Positions 16,507 through 25,536 of a stretch of 53,086 bases of DNA are shown in pieces (the stretch's first letter is position 1; each line of letters starts with the position of its first letter). This DNA is from Pseudomonadota bacterium (lineage in GTDB: Bacteria; Bdellovibrionota_B; Oligoflexia; Oligoflexales; CAIYRB01), in NCBI GenBank assembly GCA_031416315.1, contig JANOTL010000063.1:1-53086 (forward strand), read 5' to 3'. A program made the translations under genes and the position numbers. The notes under the pieces are model-generated. The model made no database searches, was not told the origin of the DNA, and saw only the letters and a program-made list of their open reading frames with translations.

Positions 16507-17319
16507 ATGAAAAAAACTCGGCCGAAAAGGTCGTACCGCGCGGTCATCGAAAGCCTCCGTCAGGTCTGGCAGATCGAGTCGGTTCCGCAGGAGGAAGCGA
16601 TTTGGCAGCTCGGCGAGCCGGAAAAACTGGAGCTGCAGCCGGACCGCATCCGCGTCGCGATTTGGAACATGTGCAAGGGCGCCGGCGGCCTCCTCTTCGA
16701 GCACGACTACCGGACCCTGTGCTACCGCTCCGACCTCGTTCTGACGCAGGAAGCCCTGCTTTCGCGCCGCTCGATCCGCACCTTCTGCGAGCCTGGCTTC
16801 ATGACCGTGCACGCGGCCTCGTATAAGCGGCGCGACGGCCTTCGCGACGGCGTCATGACGGCGACTCGGGTGCCCTTCATCGGCGAGCCGCTGCGCCTCA
16901 TTTGCAAGTACCCGGAGCCGATCTTCAAGACGCCGAAGGTCGCCCTCGCGAAATTCTTTCCGATCGCCGGCGGCAAGCGCCTTCTCGTCGTGAACATCCA
17001 CGCCACCCTCGTGCGCCTCAAGGCGGGCGCCGTCGAGGAGATCGGGCACTTGATCGACCAGCTGCCGCCGCACGAGGGCCCGATCCTCTTCGCGGGTGAC
17101 TTCAACACCTTCACGGTCGGCTATCTTGCCGCGGTCGCGCGCGAGCTCGGCCGGATCGGCCTCGAATACGTGCCGATCCCGCACGACCCACGGCCGCGCA
17201 CGCAGGCGCTCGACCAAGTGTTCTGCCGCGGCCTTGACGTGACGAGCGTCAGCATCGACACCACGATCAAGAACTCCGATCACTTCCCGATCGTGCTCGA
17301 TCTGCGGGTTCGCGCGTAA
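16507..17319 (+). CDS. endonuclease/exonuclease/phosphatase (EEP) family protein, YafD-like
   Basis: WN, LTQE, VNIH, AGDFN, LDQVF and SDHFP motifs. Confidence 0.85.
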   Translation: MKKTRPKRSYRAVIESLRQVWQIESVPQEEAIWQLGEPEKLELQPDRIRVAIWNMCKGAGGLLFEHDYRTLCYRSDLVLTQEALLSRRSIRTFCEPGFMTVHAASYKRRDGLRDGVMTATRVPFIGEPLRLICKYPEPIFKTPKVALAKFFPIAGGKRLLVVNIHATLVRLKAGAVEEIGHLIDQLPPHEGPILFAGDFNTFTVGYLAAVARELGRIGLEYVPIPHDPRPRTQALDQVFCRGLDVTSVSIDTTIKNSDHFPIVLDLRVRA

Positions 17320-18139
17320 CCGTCGGGTCGACGCGGTTGAGTAGCAGGTCTTTCAAGCTCTTCGCCAAAAGCATCCGCGACGAGCGCACGGTCAAGCTCG
17401 GCGCGAGCTTGTAGAGGCTCTTCATCAGCTTGCCGTTGAGCGTCGGGTAGATCTCGTCCTTCGACGAGCGGGTCGCGCCGACGACCGCTTTTGCGACGTC
17501 GTCGGGTTTTGAAAGCAGAAAGCCGAGCCACTCGGGAAAGCCGAGGTGCGTCCCCTTCGCGATGATCGCCGTATCGACGAAGCCGGGCGACACGAGCAGC
17601 AAGGACACGGGCGACTGCCGCAGGCGCAGCTCGGCCTGCAGCGAGCGGGAGAATCCGACGACGCCGTGTTTGGAGGCGTTGTAGGCCGACATGAATGGCG
17701 CCGGCAGATGCCCGGCGATCGAGGCCATGTTGACGATCCGGCCGTGGCCGCAGTGCTCCATGGTCTCTAGAGCGAGCCGCGTCCCGTCGATGACCGCCGT
17801 CAGATTGATCGCCAGCACGCGCTCGAAGGCTTCGGGGGTCACCTCGAGGAAGGCGCCGATGCCGGCGACGCCGGCATTGTTGACCCAGACGTCGAGCCGC
17901 TTTTTCTGCGCCATGATCCGGTCGCGGATCTCGCGCATACCGGCGCGGTCGGTCACGTCGCCTTGCTGCGGCACGATCTCATGATTGTACTTCTCGGCCT
18001 CATCTTTGAGCCGCGCCAGAGCGCTCGAGTCGACGTCGACCGCGTAAACCGTGGCTTGCGCCGCGGCATAGCGGAGCGCCAAGGCGCGCCCGATCCCTGC
18101 GCCGGCACCGGTGACGACGACGGTTTGACCGCTAAGCAC
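17267..18139 (-). CDS. short-chain dehydrogenase/reductase
   Basis: TGAGAGIG, NNAG and YNASK; AGGAGG RBS just upstream of GTG 18139. Confidence 0.9.
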   Translation of the reverse strand: MLSGQTVVVTGAGAGIGRALALRYAAAQATVYAVDVDSSALARLKDEAEKYNHEIVPQQGDVTDRAGMREIRDRIMAQKKRLDVWVNNAGVAGIGAFLEVTPEAFERVLAINLTAVIDGTRLALETMEHCGHGRIVNMASIAGHLPAPFMSAYNASKHGVVGFSRSLQAELRLRQSPVSLLLVSPGFVDTAIIAKGTHLGFPEWLGFLLSKPDDVAKAVVGATRSSKDEIYPTLNGKLMKSLYKLAPSLTVRSSRMLLAKSLKDLLLNRVDPTVTREPADRARSGSDRSS

Positions 18140-18258
18140 TACAACCTCCTCAATAGAAGGCCTATAATGTATGATGCCGACGCCATAGTTGATATAACCT
18201 GCGCGAAAGCCCCTTGGAATCAATAGATTCGCTAGGGTTCTCAAGTAGTTGAGTCCTC

Positions 18259-19293
18259 TTGCCGAAGAGTCTTCGGGAGAACGAGCCCATCAAGAACGTC
18301 GATCCATTCGGGCACGAGTCGCTCGCTAGGCAAGTGAAGCTTCAGACGAAGCTCGCTTGGGACCTGGAGCGCGATCTTTCGTGGCAAAAAGGGGTCGACC
18401 TCTCGAAGTTCTTTCTGCCCCTCGACGAGATGGCGATCGCCTTCCCGGGCGCGAGCAACGAGCAGCGCCTCGCGCTGTCGCAGTTCATGGGGCTCGTCGT
18501 CAACGCCACCATCTCGGAGATGGAAGACGCGCTCCCGAGGCTGAAATCCACGGGTTGGCAGCGCGTGCTGTCTGAATATCCCGCGAACCCGGAGATGCTC
18601 GAGCTCGGCGAGCTCTTCTTCGACGAGGAAGCGAAGCATTCGCGCGCCTTCGGCAAATACCTTGACTCGTTCTGCGGCACGACCGGCATCGACCGGCCCG
18701 ATCTCGACGCGCTCCTGCCGAAGGCTTTCGGCTCCTTCTTCCAGAAATCGATCACGGCCAACGCCGTCACCGGCGGCCACGCCTTCTGGTGGGTCGTGGC
18801 CTCGGTCGAAGAGGTCTCGATCGAGATCTACCAGCACCTCTACAAGTGCAAGGACGCGATCGACCCGCTTTACTTCGAGCTGCATCGCCGCCACCTCGAG
18901 GAGGAGGCCCGGCACGCGAACTACGCCTTCCTGATGCTGAACTTGATCGCGAAAAAGCCCGGGTACCTCAACTCCGCCTGGCACAAGAAGATCGACTTCG
19001 CCTTTGCGCAGCTCGTCGGAGCTCCGTGGGTGATCACCGAGCTCTACAAATTTCTGCGCGTAAAACGCCTAAAAGGCGTGCATCCCTACTTCGACGTCCT
19101 CGCTAGCTGCATCCCGCTCTTCGAGGCGATGCCCAAGGCCGAGCTCGTGAAACGCATGTTCGTCGCCGCGCCTTACGTCAGCTGGCTCTTGAACCCGTCG
19201 TGGCGCAAGCAGCACAAAGACACGGTGAAAAAGCACGGCGCCATCGTCCCGCCTTATCCGCCGATCGACTTCGACGACCTGTCGGCGTCTTGA
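18259..19293 (+). CDS. ferritin-like diiron oxygenase (AurF/ACP-desaturase-like fold)
   Basis: Two E...ExxH modules: SEME...DEEAKH and VEE...EEEARH. Confidence 0.7.
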   Translation: MPKSLRENEPIKNVDPFGHESLARQVKLQTKLAWDLERDLSWQKGVDLSKFFLPLDEMAIAFPGASNEQRLALSQFMGLVVNATISEMEDALPRLKSTGWQRVLSEYPANPEMLELGELFFDEEAKHSRAFGKYLDSFCGTTGIDRPDLDALLPKAFGSFFQKSITANAVTGGHAFWWVVASVEEVSIEIYQHLYKCKDAIDPLYFELHRRHLEEEARHANYAFLMLNLIAKKPGYLNSAWHKKIDFAFAQLVGAPWVITELYKFLRVKRLKGVHPYFDVLASCIPLFEAMPKAELVKRMFVAAPYVSWLLNPSWRKQHKDTVKKHGAIVPPYPPIDFDDLSAS

Positions 19294-20132
19294 TGCTGCG
19301 CTCGAAGACGATCCGCGGGCTCAAGACCGCCTGGCTCGAAGCCGGCGAGGTCGGCCGGCCGATCCTCCTCTTTCTCCACGGATTTCCGGACACCGCCGAT
19401 TGCTGGAGCCTCCAGCTGGCGCATTTCTCCGAGAAATACCACGTCATCGCGCCCTTCGTGCGCGGCGCCGGCCCGAGCGAGGCCGCGGCCGAGATGCGCC
19501 GCTACGGCCCCGACGCCGTCGCCTTGGACGTGCTCGAGATCCTCGCGGACGCCGACCCCAAGGGCGAGCGCCCCGTGTACCTCGTCGGTCATGATCTCGG
19601 CTCCGTGCACGCTTGGCACCTCGCCGGGCTCCTGCAAAAACGCGCGAAAGGCCTGATCATCGTCAATGGCATGACGATCCGGCAGATGGTCGGCCGCCTC
19701 GGCATGCCGCGCCAGCTCGCGAAATCCTGGTACATGTATCTCCTGCAGCTGCCGCTTCTGCCGGAGCTCCTCGTGCGAGGCTTCGCCAAGCCGCTGCACG
19801 ACCTCGCGTACGATTTGGGCGGTTTGGCCCGGGAAAAACGCCCGACCGAGACGACCGGGAAGGCCGCGATGCTCGCGCCTTTGAACCAGTACCGCGCCTT
19901 CATGCGGCTCGTGCCGAAACTCGCGCGGCGGCCGCGTCAGCGCCTGGATTGCCCGGTTCTCGTGGTGTTCGGCGCCGACGACCGCTTCATGGTGCCGCCG
20001 AGCCAGGCCGAGATCTTACCCGACGCGCGCAACCTCACCCTGCGCATCATTCGCGGCAATCACTGGCTGCACAGAGAGCAGCCCGAGCGCATGAATAAGC
20101 TGATCGGCGACTTCATCGCCGTTCCAGGCTGA
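19293..20132 (+). CDS. alpha/beta hydrolase, epoxide hydrolase-like
   Basis: HGFPD, GHDLG (Asp nucleophile), WYM lid Tyr, C-terminal HW; TGATG overlap with the upstream gene. Confidence 0.85.
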   Translation: MLRSKTIRGLKTAWLEAGEVGRPILLFLHGFPDTADCWSLQLAHFSEKYHVIAPFVRGAGPSEAAAEMRRYGPDAVALDVLEILADADPKGERPVYLVGHDLGSVHAWHLAGLLQKRAKGLIIVNGMTIRQMVGRLGMPRQLAKSWYMYLLQLPLLPELLVRGFAKPLHDLAYDLGGLAREKRPTETTGKAAMLAPLNQYRAFMRLVPKLARRPRQRLDCPVLVVFGADDRFMVPPSQAEILPDARNLTLRIIRGNHWLHREQPERMNKLIGDFIAVPG

Positions 20133-20523
20133 GCCGCCGGTCCTTGCGGACGAAACGGTAGGATTCGCCGTTTTTGCGCCAGAATCGCGGCACGAGCAGC
20201 GGCGTCTTGACGCCGCGCACGTAGATGACGACGACCGGCCCCAGCGCGCGAAACGCCGCGATTTCGTGCATGGCGATGCGCGCCGCGCCGAATTTCGGCG
20301 AGCTGAAGGTCGCGGTCTCACCCTCGAGCGCCAGGTCGATCGGGTCTTTCGGCCGTAAAATCGCCTGTCCTAGGATGTAGGCGAAGAAGCTCGCCCACAC
20401 CGAGCCCAAGACGAAAGGCCGGTCTAGCGCCGTCGCGCTCAGCCCCACCACCGCGAGAAACATGAGGAAAAGACGCCAAGAATCGCGTCCGTCGGGATTT
20501 CGGTCGCAGCTTTTGAGTTCCAT
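20113..20523 (-). CDS. hypothetical membrane protein (2 TM + small soluble domain)
   Basis: ATG ORF with two hydrophobic segments filling the gap between plus-strand genes. Confidence 0.5.
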   Translation of the reverse strand: MELKSCDRNPDGRDSWRLFLMFLAVVGLSATALDRPFVLGSVWASFFAYILGQAILRPKDPIDLALEGETATFSSPKFGAARIAMHEIAAFRALGPVVVIYVRGVKTPLLVPRFWRKNGESYRFVRKDRRLSLERR

Positions 20524-20572
20524 GGGGAGAGTGTAGGCTCAGGCCGTACCGGTTCACAAGGAGACGAGAAAA

Positions 20573-21433
20573 GTGCCGACGCTCGGACAACCGCTCTTCA
20601 AAGTCGCCTCGCGCCTCGGCGCGCTGCCGCTCCTCGGCGCCCTGTCGCCGTCGGCGAACCGCGTCGCGTCGAGCGCCGATCTCGAAGGGTTCCTCGCCTG
20701 CCAGCGCCTGACGCAGCGCGGCGTGCGCGAGATCTCTGGCCTGATCCGCGAGGGCTGGACCGAGCGCCAGGCCGCCGACCTCCTCAACACCTGGCTGAGG
20801 GACCATGGCGTCCGCAGCTTTTTCCACAAGTCGTTCGTCTGGTACGGCGAGCGCACGCGCTTCTCCGGCGTGAACCGCCGCAACTACTTCGACTATCTGC
20901 CGACGGACCGCGTCCTCCGCGCCGGCGAGGTCTACATCCTGGACGTGGCGCCGATCTTCGACGGCTACATCTGCGACATCGGCTACACGGCGGCGCTAGG
21001 CGACCATCCGGATCTCGAGAAAGCCCTGGTTTTCTTGGACGAGATGCGCGCCTGGATCCCCGAGCTCTTCTCGGCCGCCGGTTCGAAGGGCGGCGCGATC
21101 TGGCGGGAAATCTCGGAGAAACTGGCGGGCGCGAGCTACGACAACATCCACGCGCTCTACCCGTTCGGCGTCCTCGGTCATCGCGTCCATCGCGTCCGAA
21201 GCCAAGCGCTCGAGCTGGCATTCATCAATTTCGGCTGGCAAGCGTACTGGGAGTTTCTGTCGCGCGGCACCTTTGGGCAGCTCTTGAACGGCGACTACGA
21301 CGGCAGCCTGATCGGCCTTTGGGCGATCGAGCCGCACGTCGGTGGCAGCGATTTCGGCGCGAAATTCGAGGAGATCTTGGTGGTCGACGAGCATGGCGCG
21401 CGCTGGCTGGATCCGTTGCCGCTGCGCTCCTGA
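20573..21433 (+). CDS. M24 (pita-bread fold) metallopeptidase-like protein
   Basis: Ligand order D (LDVAP), D (CDIG), H (LGHRVH), E (AIEPH), E (KFEE). Confidence 0.8.
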   Translation: MPTLGQPLFKVASRLGALPLLGALSPSANRVASSADLEGFLACQRLTQRGVREISGLIREGWTERQAADLLNTWLRDHGVRSFFHKSFVWYGERTRFSGVNRRNYFDYLPTDRVLRAGEVYILDVAPIFDGYICDIGYTAALGDHPDLEKALVFLDEMRAWIPELFSAAGSKGGAIWREISEKLAGASYDNIHALYPFGVLGHRVHRVRSQALELAFINFGWQAYWEFLSRGTFGQLLNGDYDGSLIGLWAIEPHVGGSDFGAKFEEILVVDEHGARWLDPLPLRS

Positions 21434-21540
21434 GACGCGGACGGATCTGAGCGATCGCTCGGACATGACATGTCGTTTCCAATCGCGAACGGCCCGAGCG
21501 ATGGTCCGTCCGCGCCGCTGAAGGCGCGGGAGACTTCGTC

Positions 21541-21939
21541 ATGCTGGAGATCGCCGCCATCGTCTTCGCCCTCGAGTCCCGACTCGACGACGGCCGTCAC
21601 CGTCAGGTCCCGGTCCATCCGGAGGCCCCGCTCGTCATGGTCCAGGAGGCCATCCGGCGGCTGCACTACTATGACCGTGACGTCGAGTTCGACTGGATCG
21701 AGAACGCCGAGGAGATGCTCACCGACGAGAGGACCGCCGGCACCTTGAGCCCGGCCGCCGTCGACGACGCCCTCGCGGCCTACCCGGAGGCGCTGGCCGA
21801 CCTGCGTGCCGCTGGGGCCGCCTTTGGCTTTGACGCATACTGGCAGAACGCGTGCGCGGCGCCGACTCCGTTTCTCCTCGTGATCGACCAGGAGGCCGGG
21901 ATCATTCACGGCATCGACCTTCAGCCTTGCCGATCATGA
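21541..21939 (+). CDS. hypothetical protein
   Basis: ATG with upstream GGGAG; fills the intergenic gap; host-like codon usage. Confidence 0.55.
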   Translation: MLEIAAIVFALESRLDDGRHRQVPVHPEAPLVMVQEAIRRLHYYDRDVEFDWIENAEEMLTDERTAGTLSPAAVDDALAAYPEALADLRAAGAAFGFDAYWQNACAAPTPFLLVIDQEAGIIHGIDLQPCRS

Positions 21940-21949
21940 CGGTCGCGGA

Positions 21950-23920
21950 CTAGACGTCGCGGCCCGTCGCGGCGAGCTTCTGGGTCGTCGACTCCACTTC
22001 GTCGTAAGCCTCGAGCCATTGTTCCTCGGCGCCCTCGAGCTCCTTTTGCAGGCTCGTCTGCTTGTCGGCGATCGCCTTGGCTTTGACGAAGTCGGTCGGT
22101 GGAATCGTCAGGAGCTCGCCTTCGAGCTTCGCGAGGTCGGCCTTGAGCGTCGCCGTCTTCTTTTCAAGCTGGTCGACCCGCGATTGCGCTTTCTGCCGGG
22201 ACTTCTTCATTTCCTTGATCTCGGCGTCGGTCGCCGAGACCCGAGGCATCGACTGTCCTGGAGCCGACGACTCTTTCGACTGCGTCGGCTTTTCATCGAC
22301 CTGAAGCACGTTCGGGAATCCGGCAGTCCGCGCGAGACGTTGGTAATCCTCCAGTTTTCCTTCGAAAAGTTGGGATCGCCCGTCGGGCAGCATGGCAAAA
22401 ATGTGGGTCGCGACCTCGTCGATGAAGGTCCGATCGTGCGAGACGAAAAGGACGGTCCCCTCGTACTCGTCAATGCAGGCAGCCAGAGCCTCGACGCTCG
22501 TCATGTCCAAGTGGTTGGTCGGCTCGTCGAGCAACAGAAGCCCCGACTGGTGGCCCAAGGCGCAAGCCAAGCCCAATCGCGACAATTCACCTCCGGAGAG
22601 CACCTTCGCCGACTTGAAGACGTCGTCACCCCGGAAGAGGAAATGCCCGAGGAGGGTCCGCGCCTGCTTCTCGGAAAGGTCCGAGCGCATGAGGAGGTTC
22701 TGCAGAACCGTCTGCTGCAGGTCCAGGGTTTCGCCCTGGTCCTGCGCGAAATACGCCAGCTCCAAGGAGTCCGAGGCCACGAACCGACCCGCCTTCGCAG
22801 GAATTTTCTTCGCTACGGTCTTCAGCAAGGTCGACTTGCCGATGCCGTTCGCTCCGATGATCGCGATCTTAGCGCCGCGCTCGACCGTCAGCCGGATCCC
22901 GCTCGCGAGGGTGGTCGTGTAGCCGATCGCGCCCCCCTCGATCTCGAAGACGATGCGTGGGGTCTTCGCGGGTGGCGGCAGCGTGATCATGACCGAAGAC
23001 GGGTCGTCGTCGACGACGTGCTGGGACTCCAGGTCGCGGATCCGCGAAATCATCTTCAAACGTGACTGCGCCTGAGCGGCCTTCGTGGCTTTGGCGCCGA
23101 AACGATCGACGAACGTCTGCATCTGCTCACGACGCCGCCGCAAGGCGTCGAGGCTCGCTTGCTCCTGCTCCATCCGCGCTTCGCGTTGCTCGAGGAAGCG
23201 GTCGAAGTTGCCGCGGTACGGCGTCACGGACTGACCGGACAGGTGAAGAGTAATGGTCGAAAGCCGGTTCAGAAGGGCGCGGTCGTGCGAGACAAACAGT
23301 AAAGTCCCTTTGAAATTCATGAGATAGCTCTCGACCCAGACGAGACTCGGGAGGTCCAAATGGTTCGTCGGCTCATCGAGAATCAAAAAGTCGGGGCGGC
23401 CCAGGAAGAGCTTCGCAAGCTCGAGACGCATGCGCCAGCCGCCGGAGAGCGCCCGCGGGTCCTTCTCGACGTCGCTGGCGGAGAAGCCGAGCCCGCGCAG
23501 GATACCGTGGGCCGTCGCCTCGATCGCGTAGCCGCCCTCGCGGCGGAACTCGGACTCCGAGCGGTCGAACCGCGAGGCGAGCTCGGGCGTCGCGTCGTGC
23601 TCCATAGCCTGGAGCGTGTGGTCCATTTCGTCTTTGAGGCGCGCCAGACGCTCGGCCCCGGTCTGGCACTCGGCGATGACGGTCGCACGCGGCTCGGGGT
23701 TCGGCTTCTGCGGCAGGTAGCCGATCATCGCATCGCTCGGGACCAGGACCTCGCCGCCGTCCTGTTCGTCCAATTTGCAGAGGATGTTGAGGAGCGTCGT
23801 TTTGCCCGCGCCGTTGGCGCCGACGAGCGCGATCCGCTCGGCCGCGGGAAAGTGATAACTCACTCCCTCGAACAAAGTGCGGACACCGAAGGTCTTTTTG
23901 AGATTCTCGATCCGGATCAT
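21950..23920 (-). CDS. ABC-F family ATPase (YheS/Uup-like)
   Basis: Two NBDs (GANGAGKT, LSGGW, LDEPTNHLD; GANGIGKS, LSGGE), no TM, C-terminal coiled coil. Confidence 0.92.
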   Translation of the reverse strand: MIRIENLKKTFGVRTLFEGVSYHFPAAERIALVGANGAGKTTLLNILCKLDEQDGGEVLVPSDAMIGYLPQKPNPEPRATVIAECQTGAERLARLKDEMDHTLQAMEHDATPELASRFDRSESEFRREGGYAIEATAHGILRGLGFSASDVEKDPRALSGGWRMRLELAKLFLGRPDFLILDEPTNHLDLPSLVWVESYLMNFKGTLLFVSHDRALLNRLSTITLHLSGQSVTPYRGNFDRFLEQREARMEQEQASLDALRRRREQMQTFVDRFGAKATKAAQAQSRLKMISRIRDLESQHVVDDDPSSVMITLPPPAKTPRIVFEIEGGAIGYTTTLASGIRLTVERGAKIAIIGANGIGKSTLLKTVAKKIPAKAGRFVASDSLELAYFAQDQGETLDLQQTVLQNLLMRSDLSEKQARTLLGHFLFRGDDVFKSAKVLSGGELSRLGLACALGHQSGLLLLDEPTNHLDMTSVEALAACIDEYEGTVLFVSHDRTFIDEVATHIFAMLPDGRSQLFEGKLEDYQRLARTAGFPNVLQVDEKPTQSKESSAPGQSMPRVSATDAEIKEMKKSRQKAQSRVDQLEKKTATLKADLAKLEGELLTIPPTDFVKAKAIADKQTSLQKELEGAEEQWLEAYDEVESTTQKLAATGRDV

Positions 23921-23968
23921 GGTGCTCTTGGTCGCCCTGAAAAGCGCCAAGCTACCACAGGTTGCGGC

Positions 23969-25180
23969 TCAGAAGCTCTTGGTCAGGTCGATTCCATAGG
24001 ACTCGTTCGGCGTCGAGCCGGGAGCCAGCGGGCCAAAGGCTTTGCCCTGCGCGGTGACGGAAAGCGTCGCGCCGGGACTCAACGGGAAACCGACGGTGCC
24101 TTTGTAACGCTCTTCGATGTGCATGTAATGGACGCTGACGAGCGGCAGCCGCTGATCGAAAAGGACGTTGTAGGCAGAGGTCTGGACGACCTTCCAGTTG
24201 TCGGTGAAGCGGCGGCCCAGCTTGGCGTTGCCGCCAATCGGCACGCGGAACTCCTGCTCTTGGACGATTTTCTCGCCGGTCGATTTCATCTGATAGGTCA
24301 CCGAAGCGAAGTCCTCGACCTGGTAAGCGTCGACGCGCCAGGTCGGCATGTTTTCCTTCTTCACGGTCGCCAAGTTGTCGAGGTTCTCGGGGCGGACCCG
24401 TGTCCCCATCGCCAGCTTCGGGATTTTGATGCGGTCGAGAAGGCCGAAGAAGAAGCCGCTGACGCCGGTCCGCGGCGCGGCAGGCTCGCTCGCTTGCTCC
24501 TGGGCTTCTTGGAACATGAAGAGCTTGCGGCCGTGGGCCTCGGAGATCGGGCCGATGGTCCAGTGGACGTCGGCGTGGCCGGCAAACTGCAACTCGCTCG
24601 TCTCGGTCTCGCCGAGGGCGGCGCGGTCGACGGCCGCGCGGGCGGGGACGATGTCCTGGAGGACGAGGCCATATCGGACGTTGCCTTCGCTCGGCTTCAC
24701 GTCGGACTTGGTATCGAAAGCGGAGCTCAGGTCGAGGTTGACGCTAGCGCCGGAGGTGAAGCGGTTCAGGAAGGAGAAGTGTCCACGGAAGCGGCCCGAG
24801 GCGGCGCGCTGACCCGAGCCGGCGAAGTAAGTCCGCACGGCGGTGCTGTTGGAGTCGATCGGCTTGGGGGCGTTCTTGAAGGCAGCTTGCTGGATCAGCC
24901 AGGTGTTCTTGTCAGGCTCTCGGCTCTTCAGGCCATCCAGGGTCGGAACGTAGCCCCGCTGCTGCGCCGCGATGTTTTTGAACATCTCCGTCACTTCGAC
25001 GACGAGGCGGTCGCCAAGATTCGCGACCGGGTTCGCCGGCATCGTTTTTTTCAGCTCGTCTTTCGAGTACACTTTCGTGAAAACGGCCTCGGCCTCATGG
25101 TTGAGGACGCGTGCCATGGCCTCGGGCGTGATCGTGATCGCGGCCGTAACCAGAAGCAAAAGCTTCGGTATCTGTTTCAC
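23969..25180 (-). CDS. hypothetical outer-membrane beta-barrel-like protein
   Basis: Signal peptide from GTG 25180 (MKQIPKLLLLVTAAITITPEAMA); beta-rich; C-terminal YGIDLTKSF beta-signal-like end. Confidence 0.6.
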   Translation of the reverse strand: MKQIPKLLLLVTAAITITPEAMARVLNHEAEAVFTKVYSKDELKKTMPANPVANLGDRLVVEVTEMFKNIAAQQRGYVPTLDGLKSREPDKNTWLIQQAAFKNAPKPIDSNSTAVRTYFAGSGQRAASGRFRGHFSFLNRFTSGASVNLDLSSAFDTKSDVKPSEGNVRYGLVLQDIVPARAAVDRAALGETETSELQFAGHADVHWTIGPISEAHGRKLFMFQEAQEQASEPAAPRTGVSGFFFGLLDRIKIPKLAMGTRVRPENLDNLATVKKENMPTWRVDAYQVEDFASVTYQMKSTGEKIVQEQEFRVPIGGNAKLGRRFTDNWKVVQTSAYNVLFDQRLPLVSVHYMHIEERYKGTVGFPLSPGATLSVTAQGKAFGPLAPGSTPNESYGIDLTKSF

Positions 25181-25396
25181 CTTCGCCCAGGCGGCGGGTG
25201 CGACTCGGTCTTTGAGGCGGCGATCCATCGAACGACGATCCTCTGCCTTGATACGCATGGAAGTGAAACCTCGGCGACAGCTTGGGATACACGGGAGCGG
25301 GGAGCAGGGAGCGAGAGGCGCAGCCGCCGGAATGGACCGGGGCAAACACAGGTCTGCAAAGACCACTCCAGGCTCTAATGGAGGCCCAAATGATCG

Positions 25397-25413
25397 ATTT
25401 TATTACATAAAAT
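25397..25413. promoter_or_regulatory. AT-rich inverted repeat ATTTTAT-TAC-ATAAAAT in the divergent promoter region
   Basis: Perfect 7-bp arms within a GC-rich genome; a TTGACA hexamer lies at 25468. Confidence 0.3.
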
Positions 25414-25536
25414 ACTGTGCAGCCCATGAGCAGGCCGTGCGCAGAGGCGGACAAAATGTAGATTCGGTTGACAATTGCGACCGGGCAATCGATCCAGGCA
25501 TTTGCCGGCGAGCCCCAGAGAACGAAGGATATCCCC

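Noticed and set aside
17267..17319. Convergent 3' overlaps of 20-53 bp (also 6329-6363, 20113-20132, 30426-30468, 33205-33230)
   Set aside because: Common in compact high-GC genomes where stop codons are rare; no specific evidence of function.
23360..25378. 672 aa plus-strand ORF
   Set aside because: Antisense to the ABC-F and barrel genes; no recognisable motifs.
25181..25536. T-box riboswitch upstream of ileS
   Set aside because: No GGTGGNACC T-box motif or terminator/antiterminator seen.
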